DNA of 57,614 nucleotides from a virus (IMGVR_UViG_3300027833_000060:1-57614); one strand, 5' to 3'; counted from the first letter of the stretch, positions 47,126 through 56,806 are shown. Notes: generated by a model not told the origin, from the letters alone. Program-made: numbers and translations.

Positions 47126-47397
47126 TACTTGTCCCCTGTGCTGAGGTCGGCGCGGTAATCATCGTAGATGTTGAATGGTGTAATGCACTCGCCCTGTACG
47201 TAGCCGCCGACGGAATCAGTGGGGAAACGCTCGCCACAACCAGAGAGCCAGTTGAGGATGATGAAGGCAAAGAACAGACCGAACACCGATGCGAACACAA
47301 TGCTACCGAGCCAATCAATGGCGCGACGGGTATTACTTCGACTAACTGCGCGGTTGATGCGACGTTGGTGTGATGAAACATAAGACATACAAAGCAC
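47125..47397 (-). CDS. Small membrane protein (start possibly an internal ATG)
   Basis: SD AAGGAG; TM WLGSIVFASVFGLFFAFIILNW followed by two Cys. Confidence 0.6.
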   Translation of the reverse strand: MLCMSYVSSHQRRINRAVSRSNTRRAIDWLGSIVFASVFGLFFAFIILNWLSGCGERFPTDSVGGYVQGECITPFNIYDDYRADLSTGDK

Positions 47398-47408
47398 TCC
47401 TTATAAGT

Positions 47409-47452
47409 GGTGACATGTAAACAGATTAGTAGACAAAGATGTAAATAGACAA
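47409..47452 (-). promoter_or_regulatory. Promoter TTGTCT-N18-TAATCT with operator (47409-47422) at the start site
   Basis: Same architecture as the 34640 promoter. Confidence 0.55.
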
Positions 47453-47722
47453 GGGTATTTAGACAGCGTCTAGCGCGTAAGCCCTTGGTACATATGTATT
47501 TAGACAATAAGACAAAGTTTGAGAACAAAGTTGAGTGACGCCAATGGAGGGCGCGATTTTCACTTCAACACATCAGAGTTATACAATCTTGATGTTATTA
47601 TTTATTCTTGTCTTATTGTCTTATTGTCTAAATAGATATAATAATAATAATAAAAACATACACTTAGGTGGCTTGGGTATTTAGACAAACGACTAGACAA
47701 AGCATTTCGTGTCTAAATACCC
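47430..47722. repeat. Iteron-like (T/A)AGACAA array with AT-rich core; putative replication origin
   Basis: About 12 copies in both orientations; GGGTATTTAGACA direct and inverted copies; ATAATAATAATAA tract. Confidence 0.6.
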
Positions 47723-47734
47723 TTGCGCAGTGGA

Positions 47735-48232
47735 TTATGCGGCACGCTTAGCACGTTCCGCCATTAGGTCGATCAGCTTCGCAGTGGCTTGAGGGTCTTT
47801 GTTCGTAACCTCTGCACCATTTGATTCCGCGTCGTCGAGCTTCTTGTGGACCATGGCCAACAACTGTTGAACGTCTAAGTCCTTGACGATTTGAGATACG
47901 GATTGCTCGCCTTCGTACCACTTGGCTTGATCCATTAGGTAAGCGACGACCGCGTCACCATCGACAAAGTCCGCGTCTTTAATGGCTGACTTGTTAGTGA
48001 CTGCAATATCCTTGTCAAAGCGTGCAAACCCATTAGCGGTTATCCACTTGACCATTTGCTTGCGGTTCATACCTGACGCGGCATTGAGTATGTCGTCAAA
48101 CATACGTGGGTCGCTATGCTCGTAAGCGTGTCCGGCGATTTCGCACAGAATGACGTGATACTTGTCGCGCAATGACTTGGTGTTACGTGCAAGGGTATTG
48201 ATTGACTTCTTGATTGCTGATGTTTTACGCAT
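47735..48232 (-). CDS. First early-region hypothetical protein
   Basis: SD AGGAG; helical ORF. Confidence 0.7.
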   Translation of the reverse strand: MRKTSAIKKSINTLARNTKSLRDKYHVILCEIAGHAYEHSDPRMFDDILNAASGMNRKQMVKWITANGFARFDKDIAVTNKSAIKDADFVDGDAVVAYLMDQAKWYEGEQSVSQIVKDLDVQQLLAMVHKKLDDAESNGAEVTNKDPQATAKLIDLMAERAKRAA

Positions 48233-48243
48233 GATATTCTCCT

Positions 48244-48315
48244 GATAAGGTTATGGGACTAGGTTATGGGTACGCGTCATTGCATACCCATAATATAAGC
48301 CCATAAAGGCTTATC
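48244..48315 (-). promoter_or_regulatory. Long imperfect hairpin immediately upstream of the SD of 48232
   Basis: Nested GATAAG..TTATGGG..TTATGGGTATGC / GCGTACCCATAA..CCCATAA..CTTATC. Confidence 0.55.
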
Positions 48316-48841
48316 CAAACATACTCCCGATAATCGGATGGCGTGCGTGTTTGGTCGCACATGGCCGCATGGAGCGGTTGCCTATCCTCAAAGAGATTAC
48401 ACCGAGCGAGACAAGTCATTAACCGTTATTAACGGTACAAGATTCTCCGACATTACTCGAAATACACCCACTCATATTGCTAAGTCGTGGACGTGTTGGC
48501 GTGATTGCCCGTTACTATTCGCGTATCCGATTGACGTGTCAGCAAAAAGCAAGACAGTCGCAAAGATACAGGGCCGGACGCACAACATCGCGTGGCGGTA
48601 AGGGTGGCACCCGTCGATCATAAGCCTTGATGGCCGCGTCGGTCAGTCCCTACACCTATGGCGGCGCGTAAACAGTGGGGGGGAGGGACCGATGGGGGGC
48701 CGGGGGGCCACCAGCCCTTAGGTATCACGTGTACCGCAACCCAAAATTTGACCCTTTTTAAACACACAACTCCTTATCAGCTTAATCTTTTCGTCGTTGC
48801 GCTGTGCCCGGCAGCAGACCTGCGGCGACGGTTTACATTTA

Positions 48842-48870
48842 TTGACTTGTATGTGTTCACGCGTTAGCAT
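48842..48870 (+). promoter_or_regulatory. Promoter TTGACT-N17-TAGCAT with operator (48855-48868)
   Basis: Upstream of the small terminase gene; GTTCAC-GC-GTTAGC overlaps -10. Confidence 0.6.
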
Positions 48871-48878
48871 CTGACACC

Positions 48879-49229
48879 ATGAGCAAACAACTGTACAAAG
48901 CAATAGACCCTACACAGGTCGATAAACCGATCTTGTCCCCTGCGGATATGCTGGCGATTGAAGAAGACCCGTCCAAAATGGAGACGGTAGCTCGAATGCT
49001 GGGCGCAGTTAACCTAGATAACTTGTTCCGCCATATGCAGAACCCCACAATAAACCCCATGGCCCGGATTGAGTTCCAAAAAATGCTGAATAAGCTCGGC
49101 AAACTGGAACCGGATACCAAAGCGGACAACATCGGTGGTGGACCACAGGTCATAATCAACATCACCCGCGCTAAGGACCGAGACGAAGCCATTACTATCG
49201 AAGGTCAGGCGCTCGACGATGCTACATGA
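48879..49229 (+). CDS. terS: Putative terminase small subunit
   Basis: Precedes and overlaps TerL; C-terminal QVIINI motif. Confidence 0.55.
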   Translation: MSKQLYKAIDPTQVDKPILSPADMLAIEEDPSKMETVARMLGAVNLDNLFRHMQNPTINPMARIEFQKMLNKLGKLEPDTKADNIGGGPQVIINITRAKDRDEAITIEGQALDDAT

Positions 49230-50634
49230 AGTTAATTTTGAGGTTATCCGAAGCCTAGACGACTTTTTTTACTCGGAAAAATTCATATCCCTAGCTATTG
49301 GGCCGGTCGGATCGACTAAAACGACTGCCGGTATTATGAAAATCATGCACCATGCGGCACAGATGGCCCCGTGTAAGGACGGTATTAGACGTTCTAGGAC
49401 CATTTGGGTACGAAATACGCGTGAGCAGCTGCGAGATACGTCCATTCCGGACTTCCTCAAGTGGATTCCCGACGGTGTAATGGGTTCATTCCTCAAAACT
49501 GAGTACAAATTCGTCATAAAAATAGGCGATATTGAGTGCGAAGTGCTGTTTCGAGGGCTAGATGACGCCAATGACGTGCGAAGATTGCTGTCATTACAGG
49601 CTAGTTTCATCATATTTGACGAATTTAGAGAGATTCACCCCGACATTTACAACGCTGCACAAGGCCGAGTAGGTCGCTACCCAGACAAAATGATGAATGG
49701 GGTAGGGTGCGTCACTGACGACGGCAAATCCAATATGCACATCTGGGGGATGACAAACCCACCGGATATGGACACCTTTTGGGAAACTTTGCTGACTGAG
49801 CCGCCTGAGAACGTTCACGTGACGTTACAGCCCAGCGGTCTGTCCCCCGAAGCTGACTGGACACAGTTCCTGCCAGATGATTACTACGATAACCTCGCCC
49901 AAGGTAAGACTGAAGACTGGATCGACGTGTATATCAACGCGCAGTTCGGTAAATCATTGTCTGGTCTACCGGTGTTCCGCTCGTTTGACAGAGACGTGCA
50001 CGTTGCGAAGGCTCCGATGAAACCTATGTTCTCTGACGACCCGCTGATAATCGGTGTCGACGCAGGGTTAACTCCGGCGGCGGTGATTGGGCAGGTAGCG
50101 TACGATGGGCGCTTGATCGTTTACGATGCTAAAATATCTGACGGTATGGGCGCGTTACGTTTCGTACGAGAAGTGATAAAACCGCTACTTGTTAACAAGT
50201 TCCCCGGACGACGCTCGATGATTATTATTGATCCGGCAGCATTTCAGCGTGCTCAGACAGACGAGCGTACTGTGGCAGACATCTGGCGTAACGAAGGCTT
50301 TATGGTCAAGAGCGCTAAGACAAACTCAGTGGCCGCTAGGATCGCAGCGGTCGATAGGTTTATGACACGCGTCGTCGACGGTAAGCACGGCGTAGTGATA
50401 GACCCTGAAGGTGCGCTGCCACTCGTGCAGGCACTAGCGGGCAAGTACCGCTACAAAATAAACACGAAAGGCGTACGGGATGAGAGTCCTGAAAAATCGC
50501 ACCCATGGTCAGACGTAGCTGACGCCTTTCAGTATATGTGTCTTCACGCGGACGGCGGAGAGACATTTGGCGGGATGGCTATGATGGACGAACGCAGGGA
50601 GGTCGTAAAGGTCTCTTCACGCGGTTGGACGTAA
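49219..50634 (+). CDS. terL: Terminase large subunit
   Basis: GPVGSTKT Walker A, VRNTREQL, IFDE Walker B, MTNPP, IGVDAGLTPA, SDVADAFQY. Confidence 0.92.
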   Translation: MLHEVNFEVIRSLDDFFYSEKFISLAIGPVGSTKTTAGIMKIMHHAAQMAPCKDGIRRSRTIWVRNTREQLRDTSIPDFLKWIPDGVMGSFLKTEYKFVIKIGDIECEVLFRGLDDANDVRRLLSLQASFIIFDEFREIHPDIYNAAQGRVGRYPDKMMNGVGCVTDDGKSNMHIWGMTNPPDMDTFWETLLTEPPENVHVTLQPSGLSPEADWTQFLPDDYYDNLAQGKTEDWIDVYINAQFGKSLSGLPVFRSFDRDVHVAKAPMKPMFSDDPLIIGVDAGLTPAAVIGQVAYDGRLIVYDAKISDGMGALRFVREVIKPLLVNKFPGRRSMIIIDPAAFQRAQTDERTVADIWRNEGFMVKSAKTNSVAARIAAVDRFMTRVVDGKHGVVIDPEGALPLVQALAGKYRYKINTKGVRDESPEKSHPWSDVADAFQYMCLHADGGETFGGMAMMDERREVVKVSSRGWT

Positions 50635-50637
50635 AGT

Positions 50638-50667
50638 GTTGACCTGTTAACAGATAGACGCTATTGT
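50638..50667 (+). promoter_or_regulatory. Promoter TTGACC-N17-TATTGT with operator over -35 (50638-50651)
   Basis: Upstream of the portal gene. Confidence 0.7.
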
Positions 50668-50700
50668 ATCTATAGTATCGCACATGTGAGATAACATTTA

Positions 50701-52740
50701 ATGGCACTAGGTTCGCAGCTTATTCCTGTTGCGCGTGCCTCTGACCTAGAGGCCGCTGCACAGAGAGAGTCCGCTGAAAAGCAGATGACTCCAATGATAC
50801 AGGGTTTGGCATCGCATGTCCGCCGTCGGTGGGAAGTGATGCGTGACCATAAGCGTACGTCAATCGAAGACCGGTTGTCTGCGTGCGTTCGTGCGAGGAA
50901 TATGCAGTATGACCCAGCCAAGATGGCAGAGATACGTGAACAAGGCGGCTCAGAAATTTTTATGGGCATCGTTAGCACTAAGTGCCGGACTGCTACTGCT
51001 TGGTTGCGAGATACACTTCTAGGCACTGGGTCAGACAAGCCTTGGACAATTTCCGCTACTCCTATCCCCGAAGTTCCGCCCGAAGTCGCGGCAAACCTAC
51101 AACGCATTATGGCGGCAAACCTTCAGCAGTACTACGCTGCGGGTAATCAGCCGTTAGACCCCATGGAGCTTAGAGAACTCGCAGCCGGTATGAAAGATAC
51201 TGCTACGCGATCTATGAAGCATGAGGCCGAAAAACGCGTTGACCGTATGGAACTCAAGATGGAAGACCAGCTCACAGAGGGCGGCTGGGTAAAAGCTCTC
51301 TACGAATTTACGAACGATCTTGCGACGTTCCCGTTTGCTGTTCTAAAGGGTCCGATACCCCGCAAACGAAAAGCTATGAAGTATGTTAAAGGCGGTTTAT
51401 CCGCAGTTGACGTACTCCGTGACGAGTGGGAACGCGTAGACCCCTACAAATTCTTCTGGGCACCATGGGGCGATGATATACAGAACATGCCCGTTATGGA
51501 GCTACACCACTTAACACGTGAAGACCTTGAAGCGATGATCGGTGTTGAAGGCTACGACGAAGCAGCTATTCGTACACTCCTCGCTAACTTCGGTGCAGGC
51601 GGGTTCGAGTGGTTAGAGCACTACGATAGCGAGATGGAAGACGTAACAGATAAGAATTTTGATGACGCCAGTAGTGACGTTATCGCGGCTTTACAGTTAT
51701 GGGACTCTATTCCCGGCAAATTGCTAATCGAATGGGGTTTGTCAGAGGACGAGGTCGAAGACCCGCATCTGTCTTACCCGTGCGAAGTTTGGATGATTAA
51801 CAACGTTGTTGTTAAAGCTGTCCTAAATTACGACCCTCTAGGGCGTAAACCTTATTACCTCACTTCTTTCGAGAAGGTTCCCGGTCGTATAGATGGGAAC
51901 GGGGTAGCCGACCTGACTATTGATGCGCAGAACATGTGCAACGCCGCCGCCCGTGCGTTGGCAAACAATATGGGCATTTCATCTGGCCCACAGGTTGGCG
52001 TAAACGTAAGTCGTCTCCCAGCAGGGGAAGACATTACTCAGATGTACCCATGGAAGATATGGCAGTTTAAATCGTCAGAGTATGGCGATGCTTCTGCTCC
52101 TATGCAGTTCTTCCAACCAAATTCTAACGCAGGTGAGCTAATGGCTGTGTTCGAGAAGTTCATGGAACTTGCGGACGAAGTGTCAGGTATCCCTCGTTAT
52201 ATGACAGGCCAGCATGTTCCGGGCGCAGGACGTACGTCGTCCGGTCTGTCTATGCTTATTTCTAACGCAGGCAAGAGCATAAAGCAGGTTATCGGTAACG
52301 TTGATTTTGATGTGATAACCCCAATGCTAGAGCGCCAGTACCAGCGTAACCTACGGTACTCGGAAGATCAGGACTTAATTGGTGATGTACAAATTGTTGC
52401 ACGAGGCGCGATGTCGCTTGTCGTCAAAGAAGCTGAGGCTGTCCGTAAAAATGAGTTCCTCCGTCTTATTCTGGAGAGTCCTGTTGCGCAAGAAATTGTT
52501 GGACCTGCGGGTACGGCTGAACTCATGCGGGATTTGGCCGGTAATCTTAACACCAATGTTGACCGTCTTGTCCCTAGCCGAGAGGATATTGAAAAGCGGC
52601 AAGCCGAGCAGCAGCAGCAAATGATGATGATGCAGCAGCAGCAGGCAGCTACCCAAGGCCCAGCTAATTTACAAGAAGACGGAACAGAAAAAGGGGGTCG
52701 GCAGGACAACTTTATAAGCCCGCGCCCTAATGGACGTTAA
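50701..52740 (+). CDS. Portal protein
   Basis: 679 aa after TerL; GIPRYMTG..RTSSGLSML motif; Gln-rich tail. Confidence 0.85.
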   Translation: MALGSQLIPVARASDLEAAAQRESAEKQMTPMIQGLASHVRRRWEVMRDHKRTSIEDRLSACVRARNMQYDPAKMAEIREQGGSEIFMGIVSTKCRTATAWLRDTLLGTGSDKPWTISATPIPEVPPEVAANLQRIMAANLQQYYAAGNQPLDPMELRELAAGMKDTATRSMKHEAEKRVDRMELKMEDQLTEGGWVKALYEFTNDLATFPFAVLKGPIPRKRKAMKYVKGGLSAVDVLRDEWERVDPYKFFWAPWGDDIQNMPVMELHHLTREDLEAMIGVEGYDEAAIRTLLANFGAGGFEWLEHYDSEMEDVTDKNFDDASSDVIAALQLWDSIPGKLLIEWGLSEDEVEDPHLSYPCEVWMINNVVVKAVLNYDPLGRKPYYLTSFEKVPGRIDGNGVADLTIDAQNMCNAAARALANNMGISSGPQVGVNVSRLPAGEDITQMYPWKIWQFKSSEYGDASAPMQFFQPNSNAGELMAVFEKFMELADEVSGIPRYMTGQHVPGAGRTSSGLSMLISNAGKSIKQVIGNVDFDVITPMLERQYQRNLRYSEDQDLIGDVQIVARGAMSLVVKEAEAVRKNEFLRLILESPVAQEIVGPAGTAELMRDLAGNLNTNVDRLVPSREDIEKRQAEQQQQMMMMQQQQAATQGPANLQEDGTEKGGRQDNFISPRPNGR

Positions 52741-52751
52741 TGTGTCTATCT

Positions 52752-52781
52752 GTTGACACGTTAACACATATGATATACTTT
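52752..52781 (+). promoter_or_regulatory. Promoter TTGACA-N17-TACTTT with operator over -35 (52752-52765)
   Basis: TATCTGTTGACACGTTAACACATA near-palindrome; predicted start coincides with ATG 52788. Confidence 0.7.
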
Positions 52782-52787
52782 TAAGAT

Positions 52788-53036
52788 ATGATTGACTTAA
52801 ACAATGTAGATAAACAAGCCGTTACAGCCCTGACTAGGCTGAGAGAACCCGGCAATGACGCATTATTTAGGTTACTGGAGGCCGAATTAGAAACCTCCAA
52901 GCAGAAGCTAGTACACGCAATCGACATGGTCCAAGTCCACCGATTGCAAGGACGAGCGGAAGCATTTGAAGATTTACTGAACGCCGTCATAGACGCGCCG
53001 AAGGTAGAAAAACGCGCTTATGCGCAAAATACGTGA
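52788..53036 (+). CDS. Small head-module protein
   Basis: RLQGRA motif, commonly found between portal and scaffold genes. Confidence 0.7.
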   Translation: MIDLNNVDKQAVTALTRLREPGNDALFRLLEAELETSKQKLVHAIDMVQVHRLQGRAEAFEDLLNAVIDAPKVEKRAYAQNT

Positions 53037-53106
53037 AGCACACCATAACGGGAACAGCATACCCACGGGACGCTAGGAACAGAGTTGGTGCTTTAAGGAG
53101 AGAAAC

Positions 53107-54102
53107 ATGGCATTGCCAAGACAGGTGCAAGCTCAGCTTGCTGAAGTGGAAGAACTAGAGAAAACGCTAAACGCCCAAACGGAAGCACCAAAGAAAAAGA
53201 AGGCAAAAGAGCCTAAAGTTTCAGAGGTAACACCCGAGGATACCGAGGCAGAAGTACCAGTAGAAGCTGAAGCAGCAGTAGAACCTGAAGAAGCGAAGCC
53301 AGCTGACACGTCACCGACGGACGTAGCGGACGAATTTGAGCAGAAGTACAAAACCCTACGCGGGAAGTACGATGCTGAAGTCCCTCGCTTGCACTCGCAA
53401 GTTAAGGACTTAACGGCTAAACTGAACAACCTCTCTGAGAGTTTGGCAGCGAAGCCCAAAGAGCCGACGAAGCCGAAGGAGAAAGTCAGTTATGTGACCG
53501 ATGAAGATCGAGCCGAATTTGGTGAAGAACTGATAGGCGTTCAGCGTCGTGTTGCGCAGGAAGTGTCTCAAGAATATGAGGGACGTTTTGAGCAGCAAAG
53601 CGCGATTATCGAACAGCTTCAAAAACAACTGAAGCAGACTGGTAATCAGGTTGGAGAGATGAGTTTTTCTCAGAAACTGTCCCAGATAGTTCCTGATTTT
53701 GCTAGTATCGACAATGATGAACGTTGGGTAGAGTGGTTAAACGAGTATGATCCCATGCTTCGTGGCCCTCGCCGAGATCAGGCGGCACAGGCGTTTAATA
53801 CTGGAGACGCTGAAGCAGTAGCACATTACGTGAAACTGTGGAAAGAATCTCTAGGGCCAGATGTGCCACAAGAGCGTCAGACTCGCCAAGCCGAACTCGA
53901 GAAACAGGTTGCGCCTAATCGTTCAGCGAATTCCGCGACAACGAAGAGTGTAGGAAAAGACGCTAAATTTTACTCTGAAAGAGAAATTGCAGCTGCTTGG
54001 AACAAAATACGCACTTTGAATACGCGGCATAAGTACGATGAAGCCACAAAACTTGAAGCAGATATAACAACTGCGTATCTTGAAGGCCGTGTACGAGCGT
54101 AA
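53107..54102 (+). CDS. Capsid scaffolding protein
   Basis: Acidic, coiled-coil; YKTLRGKYDAEVPRL; C-terminal AYLEGRV; precedes the MCP gene. Confidence 0.75.
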   Translation: MALPRQVQAQLAEVEELEKTLNAQTEAPKKKKAKEPKVSEVTPEDTEAEVPVEAEAAVEPEEAKPADTSPTDVADEFEQKYKTLRGKYDAEVPRLHSQVKDLTAKLNNLSESLAAKPKEPTKPKEKVSYVTDEDRAEFGEELIGVQRRVAQEVSQEYEGRFEQQSAIIEQLQKQLKQTGNQVGEMSFSQKLSQIVPDFASIDNDERWVEWLNEYDPMLRGPRRDQAAQAFNTGDAEAVAHYVKLWKESLGPDVPQERQTRQAELEKQVAPNRSANSATTKSVGKDAKFYSEREIAAAWNKIRTLNTRHKYDEATKLEADITTAYLEGRVRA

Positions 54103-54112
54103 ACGTGTTAAC
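54099..54112. promoter_or_regulatory. Operator copy GTAAAC-GT-GTTAAC upstream of the capsid gene
   Basis: Matches the genome-wide motif with one mismatch. Confidence 0.55.
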
Positions 54113-54159
54113 AAGTAAGCAGCTGTTAGTAACCAACTTAAACTAATAGGAGGCCAATT

Positions 54160-55170
54160 ATGGCTGCTGTATTCCCCGTCGTAGGCTCAGGCTCATTCGA
54201 CACAAACCCGTCTTATTCGGGTGCATTTATTCCACAACTGTGGTCTAACAAACTCAACGCTAAGTTCTACGCGAACACCATGATGACTGAAATCGCCAAC
54301 ACTGATTGGGAAGGCGAGATCAAAAACCAAGGTGATACCATTCGTATCCGTACTGCTCCGTCGATCACGATCAACGATTATGCAGGCGCTGGAACTACCC
54401 TTTCCTCTGAAGTCCCTACTCCGATCTTCCTTGATATGCAGATCAACAAGGGTAAATACTTCAGCGTACAGGTAAACGACGTACTTGCTCACCAAGCCGA
54501 TATGGACATGATGAACATGTTCACGGACGACGCTGCTAAGCAGTTGAAGATCAACATTGAAAACGAATGTTTCTTTAACTGGTTCGTAACTGAAGGTGCT
54601 CACTCAAGCAACACTGGCGCAACTGCCGGTGCTTTGTCTTCCGAGTACAACCTAGGTACTGACGTTGCTCCTGTCGACCAAGCTACTCCTAAGAACGTAT
54701 TAGACGCGATCCTTCGTATGTCTGCTGCTCTTGACGAGCAAAACGTTCCAGAAGAGGGCCGTTGGTTGATCTTGTCGCCTTTCGACCGCCAGTTGCTTAT
54801 GCAAACTGACATCGCTCAGGCGTACTTCACAGGAGATGCTTCAAGCACTATCCGTACTGGTAAGATCGGTATGCTAGATCGCTTTGAAGTTTACGTTTCT
54901 AACCTTCTCCCTAAGGGCGCTGCTGCTAAAGCATTGGTTCCGGGTCTAGCCGCTACTTCAGGCGGTGCTACTGTAACAAACGCTAAGAACCGTCGTATGA
55001 TGGTTGCTGGCACGAAGAGCGCTTGTGCGTTCGCGTCACAGATCAGCAAGACTGAGCCATTACGTAATCAAACTGACTTTGGAGACATCGTCAGGGGTCT
55101 AGCCGTTTATGGCCGCAAGGTCATTAAGCCTGAGGCTTTGATTACTACTATTGTTGGCGCTGCGTCTTAA
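54160..55170 (+). CDS. Major capsid protein
   Basis: FIPQLWS..NTDWEGEIKNQGDTIRI..LDEQNVPEEGR..VRGLAVYGRKV; SD AGGAGG; followed by a terminator. Confidence 0.9.
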   Translation: MAAVFPVVGSGSFDTNPSYSGAFIPQLWSNKLNAKFYANTMMTEIANTDWEGEIKNQGDTIRIRTAPSITINDYAGAGTTLSSEVPTPIFLDMQINKGKYFSVQVNDVLAHQADMDMMNMFTDDAAKQLKINIENECFFNWFVTEGAHSSNTGATAGALSSEYNLGTDVAPVDQATPKNVLDAILRMSAALDEQNVPEEGRWLILSPFDRQLLMQTDIAQAYFTGDASSTIRTGKIGMLDRFEVYVSNLLPKGAAAKALVPGLAATSGGATVTNAKNRRMMVAGTKSACAFASQISKTEPLRNQTDFGDIVRGLAVYGRKVIKPEALITTIVGAAS

Positions 55171-55178
55171 TAGCCTTT

Positions 55179-55204
55179 GAGGGGGGGTTCGCCCCCCTTC
55201 TTTT
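55179..55204 (+). terminator. Rho-independent terminator after the capsid gene
   Basis: GAGGGGGGG-TTCG-CCCCCCTTC-TTTT. Confidence 0.8.
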
Positions 55205-55220
55205 AACGTAGGAGGTTATT

Positions 55221-55454
55221 ATGGAAGTATTTCAGTTTATTAACGCCGTAGGAGCAGAGGTTGTTGCTAACAAAGCAGTAGCTAAAGTCGACGGTTCACG
55301 CGTGGTTGTAGCCCAAGTAATCGGCGACAAGATGGTTCTAACCGCCGAAGGCGAAGAGATGGCTAAGACTATAAAGCCTACTCCTGCACCTAAAGCGACG
55401 AGTTCCAAGTCAAAGACAGCTAAGACTACTCCTGCACCCAAATCCAGCGAATAG
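55221..55454 (+). CDS. Small hypothetical protein
   Basis: SD AGGAGG. Confidence 0.65.
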   Translation: MEVFQFINAVGAEVVANKAVAKVDGSRVVVAQVIGDKMVLTAEGEEMAKTIKPTPAPKATSSKSKTAKTTPAPKSSE

Positions 55455-55464
55455 GGGGTAACGG

Positions 55465-56166
55465 ATGTCTACCGTAAAAGTCACGGACATTATTAGACGA
55501 GTAGAGGATGTCCTTCAGGACACCAATATTCGATGGCCGCGTACGGAATTGCAGAACTGGATGAACGAGTCTTATCTCGCCATTACTCTCGCACGTCCTG
55601 ACGCAAACGCAAAAGCTGGTACATTTACATGTGCCGCAGGTACGCGACAAACGCTGACCAAGACAGGCGGCGGCGGTTATCCATCCGCACTACGCCTCTT
55701 AGATGTAACGCGTAACTTAGCCAGCACTTCAGGGTATAAGGTAATTCGCCTTGTTGCTCGTAGTGTTCTGGACGATCAGCGTCCTGCATGGCACGCTGAG
55801 ACTGGTACGACAGCTATCCAGCACTTCACGTTTGACCCACGCCAACCGAAAGAGTTCTTTGTCTATCCACCGGCTACAGCAGCCGCTGAGATTGAAGTTG
55901 TTTACACGGATTCTCCGGGCGCAACTGCACTGACAGAGTCTCAACTCGATCCGGCAGGTTCAGACACAACAGTTATTTTGTTGGACGACATTTATATGTC
56001 TCCGATGATAGACTGGATACTGTACAGAGCGTACTCGAAAGACGCTGAATACGGTGCCAACGAGCAACGTGCGCAGGCGGCATATGGTGCGTTTAACGCA
56101 GCTCTGACCACTAAAAACCAAGTAGACTCGGCGGTATCACCCGCTAACATGAGTTCGGTGACTTAA
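55465..56166 (+). CDS. Head-tail adaptor-like protein
   Basis: RW..ELQNWMNE...RPDA; WILYRAYSKDAE motif; position after the MCP gene. Confidence 0.7.
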   Translation: MSTVKVTDIIRRVEDVLQDTNIRWPRTELQNWMNESYLAITLARPDANAKAGTFTCAAGTRQTLTKTGGGGYPSALRLLDVTRNLASTSGYKVIRLVARSVLDDQRPAWHAETGTTAIQHFTFDPRQPKEFFVYPPATAAAEIEVVYTDSPGATALTESQLDPAGSDTTVILLDDIYMSPMIDWILYRAYSKDAEYGANEQRAQAAYGAFNAALTTKNQVDSAVSPANMSSVT

Positions 56167-56167
56167 T

Positions 56168-56806
56168 ATGGCAGTAGCATGGGCTAATTTCCTTCCGTAC
56201 GTTCAGCCCATTCTTCCGGGCTGCCCGGAAATAATCATCGAATCTCATCTGCAAGAAGCCGCAGCGGAGTTTTGCGCCGTAAGTAATATATGGCGTTATG
56301 ATATTGATAAGGACTACACCAGTAAAAATACGGGTGAGTACGAGATCGAAGTTCCTACCCGTTCCGTTCTGGAGGACATATTGGTCCTCTATGTTAACGG
56401 ACAGCCAATCCACCGAGTATCAGACCGCCATTTCGATTTACCCAGTGGGGCTGAAAACGGACGCCCCATGTCTTTTAGTATCTACCAAGACGCGCAAATA
56501 AGGTTCTACCCAACCCCCGACGGCAAGTACGAGTTCGAGGGAACAGGTGTTATTAAACCTTCTTTGTCAGCAACAGGCGTAGAAGACTTTATCTTTGAGA
56601 CGCACGGGCGATCTATCGCTTGTGGAGCTATCTACCGACTGGCGATAATTCCGGGCAAGGAATGGACCAATCCTGAACTTGCCGCTTACTATAAATCAGA
56701 ATTCTACAAACACGCCACAGACGCGAAAGGACGTGACACACGTCGCGCTAGTCTCCGCGCTAAAATGGTTGGGTTTGACAAAGCCAGCGTTCGCAGGGGG
56801 ATTTAA
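56168..56806 (+). CDS. Head-tail connector-like protein
   Basis: LPGCP..AAAEFC..WR; IPGKEWTNPELAAYY. Confidence 0.65.
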   Translation: MAVAWANFLPYVQPILPGCPEIIIESHLQEAAAEFCAVSNIWRYDIDKDYTSKNTGEYEIEVPTRSVLEDILVLYVNGQPIHRVSDRHFDLPSGAENGRPMSFSIYQDAQIRFYPTPDGKYEFEGTGVIKPSLSATGVEDFIFETHGRSIACGAIYRLAIIPGKEWTNPELAAYYKSEFYKHATDAKGRDTRRASLRAKMVGFDKASVRRGI

